From Terriglobia bacterium (GTDB lineage: Bacteria; Acidobacteriota; Terriglobia; Versatilivoradales; Versatilivoraceae): a stretch of 64,000 nt of DNA. The notes below the pieces were generated by a model. It did not search any database. It was not told where the DNA came from and saw only the letters and a program-made list of their open reading frames with translations. Made by a program: the position numbers and the translations under genes. Below are positions 27,780 through 37,887 of the stretch, piece after piece (position 1 is the stretch's first letter; each line of letters begins with the position of its first letter). The DNA is taken from the NCBI GenBank assembly GCA_963665655.1, contig OY762429.1, forward strand, positions 112,492 to 176,491. Reading direction: 5' to 3'.

Positions 27780-27822
27780 GGGGACGTTGTTGAATTACTG
27801 GAATAACTTGTGCAACGTCCCC
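27780..27822 (+). repeat. Palindromic element E2 (shorter copy of E1)
   Basis: GGGGACGTTGTTGAATTACTGGAATAACTTGTGCAACGTCCCC. First 26 nt nearly identical to E1. Confidence 0.6.
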
Positions 27823-28238
27823 ATTTCCAGTCAGTCAGAAAATCCTATCCTCTGGCAGCGTCGTGATTTCAGGGAGAGCGGCGTAGCCGCGCCAGCACTT
27901 GGCCCCGGGCGTAAGCCCGGGGTCGTATGGGTCCTGCACTGCCCTAGCCGCGTAGGCGGCTACTCGAGAGCCGGGTCTCCAAAACACACGGCCTCCCCAA
28001 AAACCATCGGTTCCCCGGCACCGTTGCCGTTCGATCCAAGTGATGGAGATGGTCAGGCTGTGCCGGTCTATGGTGCGGGCGGGACGCCCGCGCTCCCGGG
28101 TGGCTTCATCCCATGACCGGGCCACGCCAAGGGGACGAAATTGCAGGAGCATTCCGGGGCCGGCTTTTGTTGACGGAGTGTTGGGCATAGCGGGCGTAGG
28201 AGACGGGGCAGATCAATCGAGAAGGACCAACAACTGAA

Positions 28239-28379
28239 CATCGATGCACAGGATAACCAGGACGGGACGCTCCTGCACGAGAAGTTGACTTCGGCGATGA
28301 TCCGGTTCGGGATTGCGGATGCCCAGGAACAGAGGCCAGTCGTTTCCAGAAAAAATCCTGTGCATCCTGTGCATCGATG
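28239..28379 (+). repeat. Family B palindromic MITE-like element, copy B1 (TIR CATCGATGCACAGGAT)
   Basis: Starts CATCGATGCACAGGATAACCAGGACGGGACGCT..., ends ...ATCCTGTGCATCCTGTGCATCGATG. ~85% identical to 50956-51105. Confidence 0.65.
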
Positions 28380-28395
28380 TGAATAAAAATCGAAA

Positions 28396-28500
28396 AGGCC
28401 ACAAGAGGCACAAGAACGGGATTGGACAAGACTGGAGCCTTTTTTGTGCTTTTTGTGCCTTTTGTGGTTGAGTCGTTTGCCCATTCTCCAGGCAGCAGGA
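28396..28500 (+). repeat. Family A MITE, internal fragment (copy A2) abutting B1
   Basis: GGCCACAAGAGGCACAAGAACGGGATTGG...TTTTGTGCTTTTTGTGCCTTTTGTGGTTGAG matches the middle of 12493-12874. Confidence 0.5.
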
Positions 28501-28582
28501 GCTTCCCCAGCCGTTTTCCCTCGAATGATCCGCACGACGGGGCGCGATTCCGGCCAGCCGGCGTCCCTGGGCGAAAGGCGGG

Positions 28583-28939
28583 CTACAGTCCCAGCAGGCG
28601 CGTCAACCAGGCGAAAAACACTCCGGCCGGAACCAGGGTCCCCACTGCGACCACACAAGCCAAAACGGAACTACCCGTTCTTTTCAGGGTCAGAAACGCC
28701 AGCAGCAGTTGGCAGGCGGCGATTCCCAGGGTGGCCACCGTGCCCGCCACGGCGCCATGGGCGCACCAGGGACAATCGGGAGGTCCGGGGCGATGGATAT
28801 CGCAGTGAGCGGCGGCTCCGTCCCAAAGCCAGGTGCAGCCGCACCCGAAGGCCATGCCGCAGAAAGGAATCAGCAGAAGGCCCAGACTGGCCAGGACGGT
28901 CAAGACGACCATCCATTGCGCTCTGTTGAAAGACCTCAT
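28583..28939 (-). CDS. Small cysteine-rich integral membrane protein (DUF2752-like?)
   Basis: Three predicted TM helices and a CGCTW...HCD...CPWCAHG cysteine cluster. Family assignment tentative. Confidence 0.45.
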   Translation of the reverse strand: MRSFNRAQWMVVLTVLASLGLLLIPFCGMAFGCGCTWLWDGAAAHCDIHRPGPPDCPWCAHGAVAGTVATLGIAACQLLLAFLTLKRTGSSVLACVVAVGTLVPAGVFFAWLTRLLGL

Positions 28940-29043
28940 GAGAAAAGGGCAGGGAAGCGTGCCGGCAGGTCGGGAGTGAAAGGAGGAAGAGACGGTCCGG
29001 CCGGCAATCCCGGCACGGACCGCCTCTTGGCGAAAATGCGGGC

Positions 29044-30684
<1,641 letters not shown>

Positions 30685-30756
30685 TCATCCAAAATGGGCC
30701 TGCCGGCCCGAAAATTTCCTGCCGAGGCTGCCTTGCTGCTGCCGGTCCAGCCGTTC

Positions 30757-31050
30757 TCACTCGGACTCCAGGATCGCCAGGACATCCTCTTCCTTCATGA
30801 TGAGGTACTCCTCGCCATCCAGTGTCACCTCGGAGCCGGAATACTTGCCGAACAGAATGCGGTCTCCGGCCTTCAGCGTCATTTCCAATCGCTTGCCGTT
30901 CTCCAGAACCTTGCCATTGCCGGCAGCCTTGACGATGCCTTCCTGGGGCTTCTCCTTGGCCGTATCCGGAATGATCAGGCCACCTCTGACCGTTTCCTCC
31001 GCCTCGGTCCGCTGAACGAGGATGCGATCCTGCAGGGGTCTAAGACTCAT
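30757..31050 (-). CDS. groS: Co-chaperonin GroES
   Basis: [12 protein letters not shown]...[16 protein letters not shown] matches the canonical GroES. Confidence 0.95.
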   Translation of the reverse strand: MSLRPLQDRILVQRTEAEETVRGGLIIPDTAKEKPQEGIVKAAGNGKVLENGKRLEMTLKAGDRILFGKYSGSEVTLDGEEYLIMKEEDVLAILESE

Positions 31051-31090
31051 AGGGTTTTCTCCTTACATATAAATGGTTTACAGGCAATCA

Positions 31091-31117
31091 TTAGCACTCT
31101 TTTCTCTTGAGTGCCAA
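31091..31117 (-). promoter_or_regulatory. CIRCE element (HrcA operator) upstream of groES
   Basis: TTAGCACTC-N9-GAGTGCCAA inverted repeat. One mismatch to consensus TTAGCACTC-N9-GAGTGCTAA. 40 nt upstream of the groES start. Confidence 0.8.
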
Positions 31118-31194
31118 GTTCTCCTCTTTATAATGACGCCCCTCCATGGTTGTCAAGGATAATCTGGCGAGGTGCACCTCAAACCAGCAGGCCA

Positions 31195-31300
31195 TGCATT
31201 GTGGATTGCTGATTTTTGATTGTAGATTCTGGAATCGAGTCACCGTCCGTTGTCAGGACTCACCAATCAACAATCAGAAATCTACAATCCAAAATTCCCT
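31195..31300 (+). repeat. Family D degenerate repeat (approximate bounds)
   Basis: GCATTGTGGATTGCTGATTTTTGATTGTAGATTCTGGAATCG...CAATCAGAAATCTACAATCCAAAATTC is ~70% similar to 12372-12492. Confidence 0.4.
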
Positions 31301-31309
31301 GGTTTCAGC

Positions 31310-32812
31310 TCACGAATCCCGGTCGCCCGACTCATCCGTCTTCCACCGCAGCACTGGGCGCCGGGCCGCCTGGACTTCATCCAGACGGCTCACTCGGGTG
31401 GAATGGGGAGCCTGTTTGAGGAGGTCGGGATCGGTATCGGCCTCCTCGGCGATGCACCTCATGGCGTGGATAAACTGATCCAGCTCCTGCCGGCTCTCGG
31501 TTTCGGAAGGCTCGATCATGAGGGCCCCCTGCACAATCAGGGGAAAAGCGACGGTGGGTGGGTGGAAGCCGTAATCCATCAGGCGTTTGGCAAGATCCAT
31601 CACCGTAAGGCCGTTCCGGGTCTGCCGTCTGCTTGAGAACACCACTTCATGAAGTATGGGTTCGTCGTAGGGCAGGTCATAGACATCGCGCAAATGGTGC
31701 TTGATGTAGTTGGCATTCAGAATGGCCACTTGGCTGGCCTGCCTGAGCCCTTCGGCCCCGTTGGCCAGGATATAGGCCAGCGCCCGCACCAGCGTCAGGA
31801 AGTTCCCGTAGAAGGCCTTGACCTTGCCGACGGAATCGGGACGGTCATAGTTCAGAGTGTAACGCCTGTCTTCCCCTCGCTCCACGGTCGGAACCGGCAG
31901 AAAGGGTTCCAGCACCTGCTTGACCGCCACGGGTCCGGCCCCGGGACCTCCGCCGCCGTGCGGCGTGGAAAAGGTCTTGTGCAGATTGATGTGCAGGACA
32001 TCCACTCCAAAGCTTCCCGGCCGGGTAATCCCCATCAAGGCATTGAGGTTGGCCCCATCCATGTAGACCAGTCCGCCCCTGTCGTGCACGATCCGGGCAA
32101 TGCTCACGATATCCTGCTCGAAGATGCCCAGCGTATTGGGGTTGGTCAACATCAGGGCCGCCACCTCGTCGTTCATGGCCCGTTCCAGCCCGTTGAGATC
32201 AATGCAGCCACGGCTATCCGACTTCAGCGATTGAACCTCGTACCCGGCAATGACCGCGCTGGCGGGATTGGTTCCATGGGCGGAGTCGGGGATCAGAACT
32301 TTCCGCCGGGGATTTCCCCGTGAGCTCAGGCAGGCACGGATCATCAGGATGCCCGTCAACTCTCCGCTGGCTCCGGCCGGGGGTTGCAGGCTGACCGCGT
32401 CCATGCCGCTGATCTCGGCCAGGCAATCCGCCAGGAGCCCGAGAACCTCCAGGCTGCCCTGCACCAGCGACTCGGGACTCAGAGGATGAGACTCGGCCAG
32501 TCCCTTCATGGCGGCGACCCGTTCGTTGAGGCGGGGGTTGTACTTCATGGTGCAGGAGCCCAGTGGATACATGCCGGCATCGATGCTGTAGTTCCAGCCG
32601 CTGAGGCGGGTGAAGTGCCGCACCACGTCCACCTCGCTGACCTCCGGGAAACCGGGGATCGACTCCCTCAGGTTGTCGGCTCCCAATGCGGCGCCCAGAT
32701 CGACCGGCGGGACATCCAGGCGAGGAAGGTCGTAGCCCGTCCTGCCCGGGGAACTCCGCTCGAAAATCAACCCCTCGTTCAGGTTGAGGTGCCTGCCGGT
32801 TCTAGCCCGCAT
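31310..32812 (-). CDS. gcvPB: Glycine dehydrogenase (decarboxylating) subunit 2
   Basis: Full-length GcvPB (LIFERSSPGR..., NLHKTFSTPHGGGGPG PLP-lysine region). Confidence 0.9.
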   Translation of the reverse strand: MRARTGRHLNLNEGLIFERSSPGRTGYDLPRLDVPPVDLGAALGADNLRESIPGFPEVSEVDVVRHFTRLSGWNYSIDAGMYPLGSCTMKYNPRLNERVAAMKGLAESHPLSPESLVQGSLEVLGLLADCLAEISGMDAVSLQPPAGASGELTGILMIRACLSSRGNPRRKVLIPDSAHGTNPASAVIAGYEVQSLKSDSRGCIDLNGLERAMNDEVAALMLTNPNTLGIFEQDIVSIARIVHDRGGLVYMDGANLNALMGITRPGSFGVDVLHINLHKTFSTPHGGGGPGAGPVAVKQVLEPFLPVPTVERGEDRRYTLNYDRPDSVGKVKAFYGNFLTLVRALAYILANGAEGLRQASQVAILNANYIKHHLRDVYDLPYDEPILHEVVFSSRRQTRNGLTVMDLAKRLMDYGFHPPTVAFPLIVQGALMIEPSETESRQELDQFIHAMRCIAEEADTDPDLLKQAPHSTRVSRLDEVQAARRPVLRWKTDESGDRDS

Positions 32813-32939
32813 TGCTCACCAGGTCGCCAGATTCAAAAAGAAAAGTCATTTATTTTCAGAACCTTGTTGGTCTGATTGGGATGTTCTGCATGAAACCACT
32901 GTGCTCGTTGGGGCGCCGGAATGAAGCGATGGACCGGCA

Positions 32940-34277
32940 TCAAGCCGCGGCCTTGACCAGTTCCACCAGGCGATCGATATCCTCTCGGCTCTTGGTTTCC
33001 GTAATCGATACCAGCAGGGCATTCTCGAGCCGGGGATCATAGCGCCCCAGTGGCAGACCGGGAACCACGCCGGCCTTGTGAAATCTCTCCTCCACCTCGG
33101 TGTAAGGGCGGTTCAACCGAAGCACGAACTCATTGAATCGAGGGCCCTCGAACAGGATCTCGACAGGAAGCTTTCTCAGGGCGGCCAGCCCATACTGGAC
33201 TTTGGCAACGTTCTGGATGGCCAACTCCCGGAGGCCCTTCCGACCGAGCAGGGAACAGAACAGGGTCACCATCAGCGCCGTCAGGTTCTGATTGGTGCAG
33301 ATGTTGGAGGTGGCTTTTTCCCGCCGGATGTGCTGTTCCCGGGTCGCAAGAGTCAACACATATCCGCGTTGCCCGTGCCTGTCCACGGTCTGACCCACCA
33401 GGCGGCCCGGCAAGTTCCGGACGAACTTCTCTCGCGTCGCCAGAAAACCCACGTGGGGCCCTCCGAAACCGGGCGAGATTCCCATGGACTGAGCTTCGCC
33501 GCACACGATATCGGCCCCGGCCGAGCCGGGAGATCGCACGATCCCCAGCGAGAGCAGCTCCGCGATGTTGACCACCAGCAACACGCCCTTCTGGCGGCAC
33601 AGATCGGCCAGGATGTCCAGGGGTTCCAGGTTGCCCAGAAAATTCGGCGACTGCACCACCAGCGCGCCGACATCCTCTCCCAGTCGGGTCTCCAGCTCCG
33701 CCGGATCGATGCGCCCGTCACCTCCGTGGTCCACCGTTTGAATCGTCAAGTCCTGGTGACGGGTGACCGTCTCCACGACTGTCCGGTATTCCGGATGGAC
33801 CGTTCTGGCCACCAGGACCCGCCCTCGATGCGAGATGCGCCTTGCCATCAGAACCGCCTCCGCCAGAGCAGAGCTTCCGTCGTACATGGAAGCATTGGAG
33901 ATCTCCATCCCGGTGAGCTGGCACATGAAGGTTTGAAACTCGAAGACGGCCTGCAAGGTCCCCTGGCTGATTTCGGCCTGATAGGGTGTATAGGAGGTCA
34001 GAAACTCCCCCCGGGAACAGAGGCTGTCGATCACCAGGGGGATGAAATGCTGGTTTACCCCGGCGCCCAGAAAGGAAAGCATACGGGGTGCGTTTCCGGC
34101 TTCCAGCTCGCCGAATCGAGCCAGCAGTTCCGGTTCGCTCAGGGCAGGGGGAAGATCGAGCGGGGAGCGGAGACGGATGGCCTCCGGGATGGAGGTGAGC
34201 AGGTCCTCCACCGAATGCAGGCCCAAGGCCTTCAGCATCAGACCCTGCTGCTCCGAGGAGGTCGAAAGGTATCTCAT
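32940..34277 (-). CDS. gcvPA: Glycine dehydrogenase (decarboxylating) subunit 1
   Basis: Full-length GcvPA (FLGAGVNQHFIP, SYTPYQAEISQGTLQA). Confidence 0.9.
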   Translation of the reverse strand: MRYLSTSSEQQGLMLKALGLHSVEDLLTSIPEAIRLRSPLDLPPALSEPELLARFGELEAGNAPRMLSFLGAGVNQHFIPLVIDSLCSRGEFLTSYTPYQAEISQGTLQAVFEFQTFMCQLTGMEISNASMYDGSSALAEAVLMARRISHRGRVLVARTVHPEYRTVVETVTRHQDLTIQTVDHGGDGRIDPAELETRLGEDVGALVVQSPNFLGNLEPLDILADLCRQKGVLLVVNIAELLSLGIVRSPGSAGADIVCGEAQSMGISPGFGGPHVGFLATREKFVRNLPGRLVGQTVDRHGQRGYVLTLATREQHIRREKATSNICTNQNLTALMVTLFCSLLGRKGLRELAIQNVAKVQYGLAALRKLPVEILFEGPRFNEFVLRLNRPYTEVEERFHKAGVVPGLPLGRYDPRLENALLVSITETKSREDIDRLVELVKAAA

Positions 34278-34675
34278 CTGGCCTGGCCGGTGGATTCCTC
34301 CTCGACATATTTTCGGTATTGATCGGCGGTGAGAAGATTGTCGAGGTCACTGGAGTCGACCAACCTGATCCTGACAAACCAGGCTTCTCCGTAGGGGTCC
34401 TGGTTGACCAGTTCGGGAGACGAACCCAGGTTCGAATTGACGGCCGACACCTCTCCAGCCACGGGAGCGTAGACTTCGGATACGGCTTTCACGGATTCCA
34501 CATTTGCCAGAACCTCATCCACGGCAAAGACCTGGCCGATCTCGGGCAACTCGACGAAAACCACGTCCCCCAACTCCTTCTGGGCGTGATCGGTGATGCC
34601 CATGGTTCCGCCATCTCCGTCGACTCGAATCCATTCGTGCTGTTTGCTGTATCGACAGTCCTCGGGAAGTTTCAT
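34274..34675 (-). CDS. gcvH: Glycine cleavage system H protein
   Basis: Lipoyl-lysine motif ESVKAVSEVYAP. Overlaps the gcvPA start by 4 nt. Confidence 0.9.
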   Translation of the reverse strand: MKLPEDCRYSKQHEWIRVDGDGGTMGITDHAQKELGDVVFVELPEIGQVFAVDEVLANVESVKAVSEVYAPVAGEVSAVNSNLGSSPELVNQDPYGEAWFVRIRLVDSSDLDNLLTADQYRKYVEEESTGQAR

Positions 34676-34709
34676 GGGGGATCTCCGGGTCTTGGCCAGG
34701 GCAGGCCGG

Positions 34710-35810
34710 TCAACGCTTGGGTCTCCGATAGAACGGGGTCTTCACCACTTCGGCGGGAACCAGGCGTTTTCTGACCTGTATATCCAGCCGGTTGCCCAGG
34801 AAGGCCTCACCTTCATTCACATAGGCCAGTCCGATGTTTTTTCGGAGAAAGGGAGCGGGGCTGCCGCTGGTGACCCAACCGATCTTCCGGCCGTTTCTGA
34901 GCACATCATAGCCGTCCCGGCCGATTCCCGGCCCCTGCATCTGGAATCCAACCAGCTTCCTTTGCACTCCCGCCTCGAGTTGAGCGGCAAGGGCGGTCTT
35001 TCCCGTGAATTCGGGCTTGTCCATGCGGACCATCCATCCCAATCCCGCTTCCCAGGGCGTTACGTCCTCGTCGATCTCGTGGCCGTAGAGCGCCATTTTG
35101 GCCTCCAGGCGCAGGGTATTGCGCGCGCCCAGCCCTGCCGGGAGCATCTCCCGGGACTGTCCCGATCGGCTCAGGGCCTCCCAAACGGCCTCGGCAGCGG
35201 CGGGTGGAAAGTAAATTTCAAAGCCGTCTTCTCCGGTGTATCCGGTGCGCGCAATCAGGCCCGCAACGCCCTGGATACGCCCGGGCCGAAACCGGTAGTA
35301 GCCGATTTCAGACAGATCCAGATCGACCAGAGGCTGGAGGACCGGCTCGGACTCGGGACCTTGAACGGCCAACTGCGCGTATTGATGGCTGACGTCGGTG
35401 ACCCGGGCCCCCGATCGGTTCTGCCGGCAAATATGGCGATAGTCCCTGCCGGTGTTTCCGGCATTGACACAAAGGAGAAAGCGGCTTTCTTCCAGCCGAT
35501 GGACCAGAATGTCGTCCACAAACGTCCCCTGCTCGGTGAGCAGGGCGGAGTACTGGATCTGACCGAATTGGAGGCGTCCGGCATCGTTGCAGGTGACCTG
35601 CTGCACCAGAGTCAGGCCGCCGGGCCCGTCGATCTCGATCTCTCCCATGTGGCTGACGTCGAACAGACCTACCCTCGTCCGCACAGCCAGATGCTCCCGC
35701 ACGATTCCGGAGTATTCGATGGGCATTTCCCAGCCGCCAAATGCGCCCATCCTGGCTCCCAAGCTTCGGTGCAACGGGTGTAGGGGAGTCTTCTTCAGGG
35801 GAGACGTCAT
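34710..35810 (-). CDS. gcvT: Aminomethyltransferase (glycine cleavage T protein)
   Basis: TPLHPLHRSLGARMGAFGGWEMPIEYSGI...GLFDVSHMG matches the GcvT N-terminus. ATG at 35810. Confidence 0.85.
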   Translation of the reverse strand: MTSPLKKTPLHPLHRSLGARMGAFGGWEMPIEYSGIVREHLAVRTRVGLFDVSHMGEIEIDGPGGLTLVQQVTCNDAGRLQFGQIQYSALLTEQGTFVDDILVHRLEESRFLLCVNAGNTGRDYRHICRQNRSGARVTDVSHQYAQLAVQGPESEPVLQPLVDLDLSEIGYYRFRPGRIQGVAGLIARTGYTGEDGFEIYFPPAAAEAVWEALSRSGQSREMLPAGLGARNTLRLEAKMALYGHEIDEDVTPWEAGLGWMVRMDKPEFTGKTALAAQLEAGVQRKLVGFQMQGPGIGRDGYDVLRNGRKIGWVTSGSPAPFLRKNIGLAYVNEGEAFLGNRLDIQVRKRLVPAEVVKTPFYRRPKR

Positions 35811-35970
35811 CGGCTGCCGGAATTGGAAGCTGGCATCAAGCGTGGCAAAGTAACACACCCGCCAGGAGGCGTCAAGCCAATCGCCCGGCCGCTCCGGAGG
35901 CGTTCAGACCGGCCTCGGGACCGGGCCGAATCCGGGCAAGTGCAGACCGTTCCGGCCTGCTGCCCGCAGG

Positions 35971-35986
35971 GCTTCCGGGTTTGTTA
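35971..35986 (+). promoter_or_regulatory. Possible extended -10 promoter (TTGTTATAAT) for the fad operon
   Basis: GGGTTTGTTATAATCACCGG ~80 nt upstream of the fadD ATG. Inference from sequence only. Confidence 0.3.
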
Positions 35987-36066
35987 TAATCACCGGAATT
36001 CCCGGCTTGGGAAAGAATGCCGGGCATGGTCCCCAACTTCGGGAACGGGAACACGCGAGGGAACCC

Positions 36067-37872
36067 ATGACACCACAAACGATCGTTGACCTCTTCGAGG
36101 AGGCCGTAACCCACAAGAGCCGGCCCGACGCCTTGCTGGTCAAACGCGACGGCGACTTTCGCCCGCTGTCCTCGGCCGACGTCCGCAGCCAGGTCCAGGG
36201 CCTGGTTGCCGGATTGGCGAACCTGGGAGCAGAGCCGGGGGACCGAATCGCCCTCTTGTCGGAAAACAGGCCCGAATGGCTGGTTTCGGACATCGCCATC
36301 CTTTCCGCCGGCGCCATCAACGTTCCCGTCTATCCGACGCTGCCCTCGAACCAGATCGAGGGCCTCCTCAACGACGCCGGCGTCAAGATCATCATCCTGT
36401 CCACCGCGGAACAACTGGAGAAGATTCGGGAAATCGAGTCGAAGATTCCCAGTCTGCAAGCCACGGTGGTCATGGACCTGGAAGAAGCTGAATCGGACAG
36501 CCTGAGGAGCTTCAACAGCCTGCGGGACCAGGGTCTGCAGGCCCGGCAGCAAGACCCGGACGGAACTCTGAAGGTTCGTCATGGCATCGGTCCGCAAGAC
36601 GTGGCCACCATCATCTACACCTCCGGCACCACCGGGCCGCCCAAGGGAGTCATGCTGTCTCATGCCAACATCGTGGCCAACGTCCTGGAGCTCAGCCGGG
36701 TATTCGACTTCGATCACAGGGACAGGGTCCTTTCCCTGCTGCCGCTCAGCCATATTTTCGAACGGGTGGCGCACTACCTCATGTTCTATTGCGGGGTGAG
36801 CATCGCCTACGCCGAAAGCATCGAAAAGGTCCCGGTCAACATGCAGGAGGTCCAGCCCACGGTGGTGGCTTGCGTCCCCAGGTTCTTCGAGAAGCTCCAC
36901 GACCGCGTCTCGGAATCCAGGCAGCTCAGCACCGGCCTGAAACGCGCGCTGAGTGATTGGGCCTTCGGGGTAGGGGAGCGCCATACCCGTCACATTCTGC
37001 GGGGGACCACCCCACCCCCCGGCCTGGCGTTCCAACGCTTCCTCGCCTCCAAGATCGTGTTCGCCAAGCTGCAGCAGCGCCTTGGAGGCCGGCTGCGTTT
37101 CTTCATCTCGGGAGGCGCCCCACTCGACCCCAGACTGGCCGAGTTCTTCCTCAGCGCCGGGATCCTGATCCTGGAGGGCTACGGCCTCACCGAAACCTCA
37201 CCGGTAATCGCCGTCAATCAGCCCAACCGCTTCAAGTTCGGAACGGTGGGGCCGCCTCTGCCCGGCCTGGAAGTGCGAATCGCCGAAGACGGCGAGGTCC
37301 TGACCCGGGGGCCGTCTGTGATGCTCGGCTATTACAACAGGCCCGAGGAAACTCGAGAAGCGATCCGGGAAGGGTGGTTCCATACCGGGGACATCGGGAA
37401 TCTGGACGCGAGCGGATTCCTGAAGATCACCGATCGCAAGAAGGACCTGATTGTCACGGCCGGCGGGAAGAATGTCGCTCCCCAGCCGATCGAGAGACTT
37501 CTCAAAGCCAGCCCGGTTCTGCTCAATGCCGTTGTCTTGGGGGACAAGCGCCCCTACCTGTGCGCCCTGGTGGTCCCCAACCCGGAGGCAGTCACCGACC
37601 ATGCGCGGGAACGGGGACTGTCCTTTGGAAGCTACGGGGAACTCCTGCAAAGCCCTCGAATCGGAGAGTTCCTCATGAACGCGGTCGAAAAATCAACCGT
37701 TGGATTGGCCTCTTTCGAAACGGTGAAAAAGGTCATCCCGGTAGAAAAGGACTTCACCATCGAGGACGGAGAACTGACTCCTACTCTCAAGGTCAAGCGC
37801 CGAGTTGTCGAGAAAAGGTTTAATAATGAGATCGAGGCTCTCTACGCGGAGAGCCCGTCCAAACCGGAGTGA
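36067..37872 (+). CDS. Long-chain-fatty-acid--CoA ligase (AMP-dependent synthetase)
   Basis: IIYTSGTTGPPKGVMLSH AMP-binding motif. ATG at 36067 (MTPQTIVDLFEE). Confidence 0.8.
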   Translation: MTPQTIVDLFEEAVTHKSRPDALLVKRDGDFRPLSSADVRSQVQGLVAGLANLGAEPGDRIALLSENRPEWLVSDIAILSAGAINVPVYPTLPSNQIEGLLNDAGVKIIILSTAEQLEKIREIESKIPSLQATVVMDLEEAESDSLRSFNSLRDQGLQARQQDPDGTLKVRHGIGPQDVATIIYTSGTTGPPKGVMLSHANIVANVLELSRVFDFDHRDRVLSLLPLSHIFERVAHYLMFYCGVSIAYAESIEKVPVNMQEVQPTVVACVPRFFEKLHDRVSESRQLSTGLKRALSDWAFGVGERHTRHILRGTTPPPGLAFQRFLASKIVFAKLQQRLGGRLRFFISGGAPLDPRLAEFFLSAGILILEGYGLTETSPVIAVNQPNRFKFGTVGPPLPGLEVRIAEDGEVLTRGPSVMLGYYNRPEETREAIREGWFHTGDIGNLDASGFLKITDRKKDLIVTAGGKNVAPQPIERLLKASPVLLNAVVLGDKRPYLCALVVPNPEAVTDHARERGLSFGSYGELLQSPRIGEFLMNAVEKSTVGLASFETVKKVIPVEKDFTIEDGELTPTLKVKRRVVEKRFNNEIEALYAESPSKPE

Positions 37873-37887
37873 CTGACCGCCACGCCT

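Noticed and set aside
25731-27822. Integron gene cassette with attC sites
   Set aside because: The flanking palindromes lack attC inverse-core/core sites (RYYYAAC/GTTRRRY). No intI integrase or attI occurs in the window. A MITE/REP-mediated insertion fits better.
35859-36066. Expected glycine riboswitch in the leader of the gcvT-H-PA-PB operon
   Set aside because: Neither strand shows the GGAGAG...ACCGAAGGRGCAA...CTCTGGAGAG aptamer signatures. The region instead looks like a divergent promoter area (TTGTTATAAT for the fad operon).
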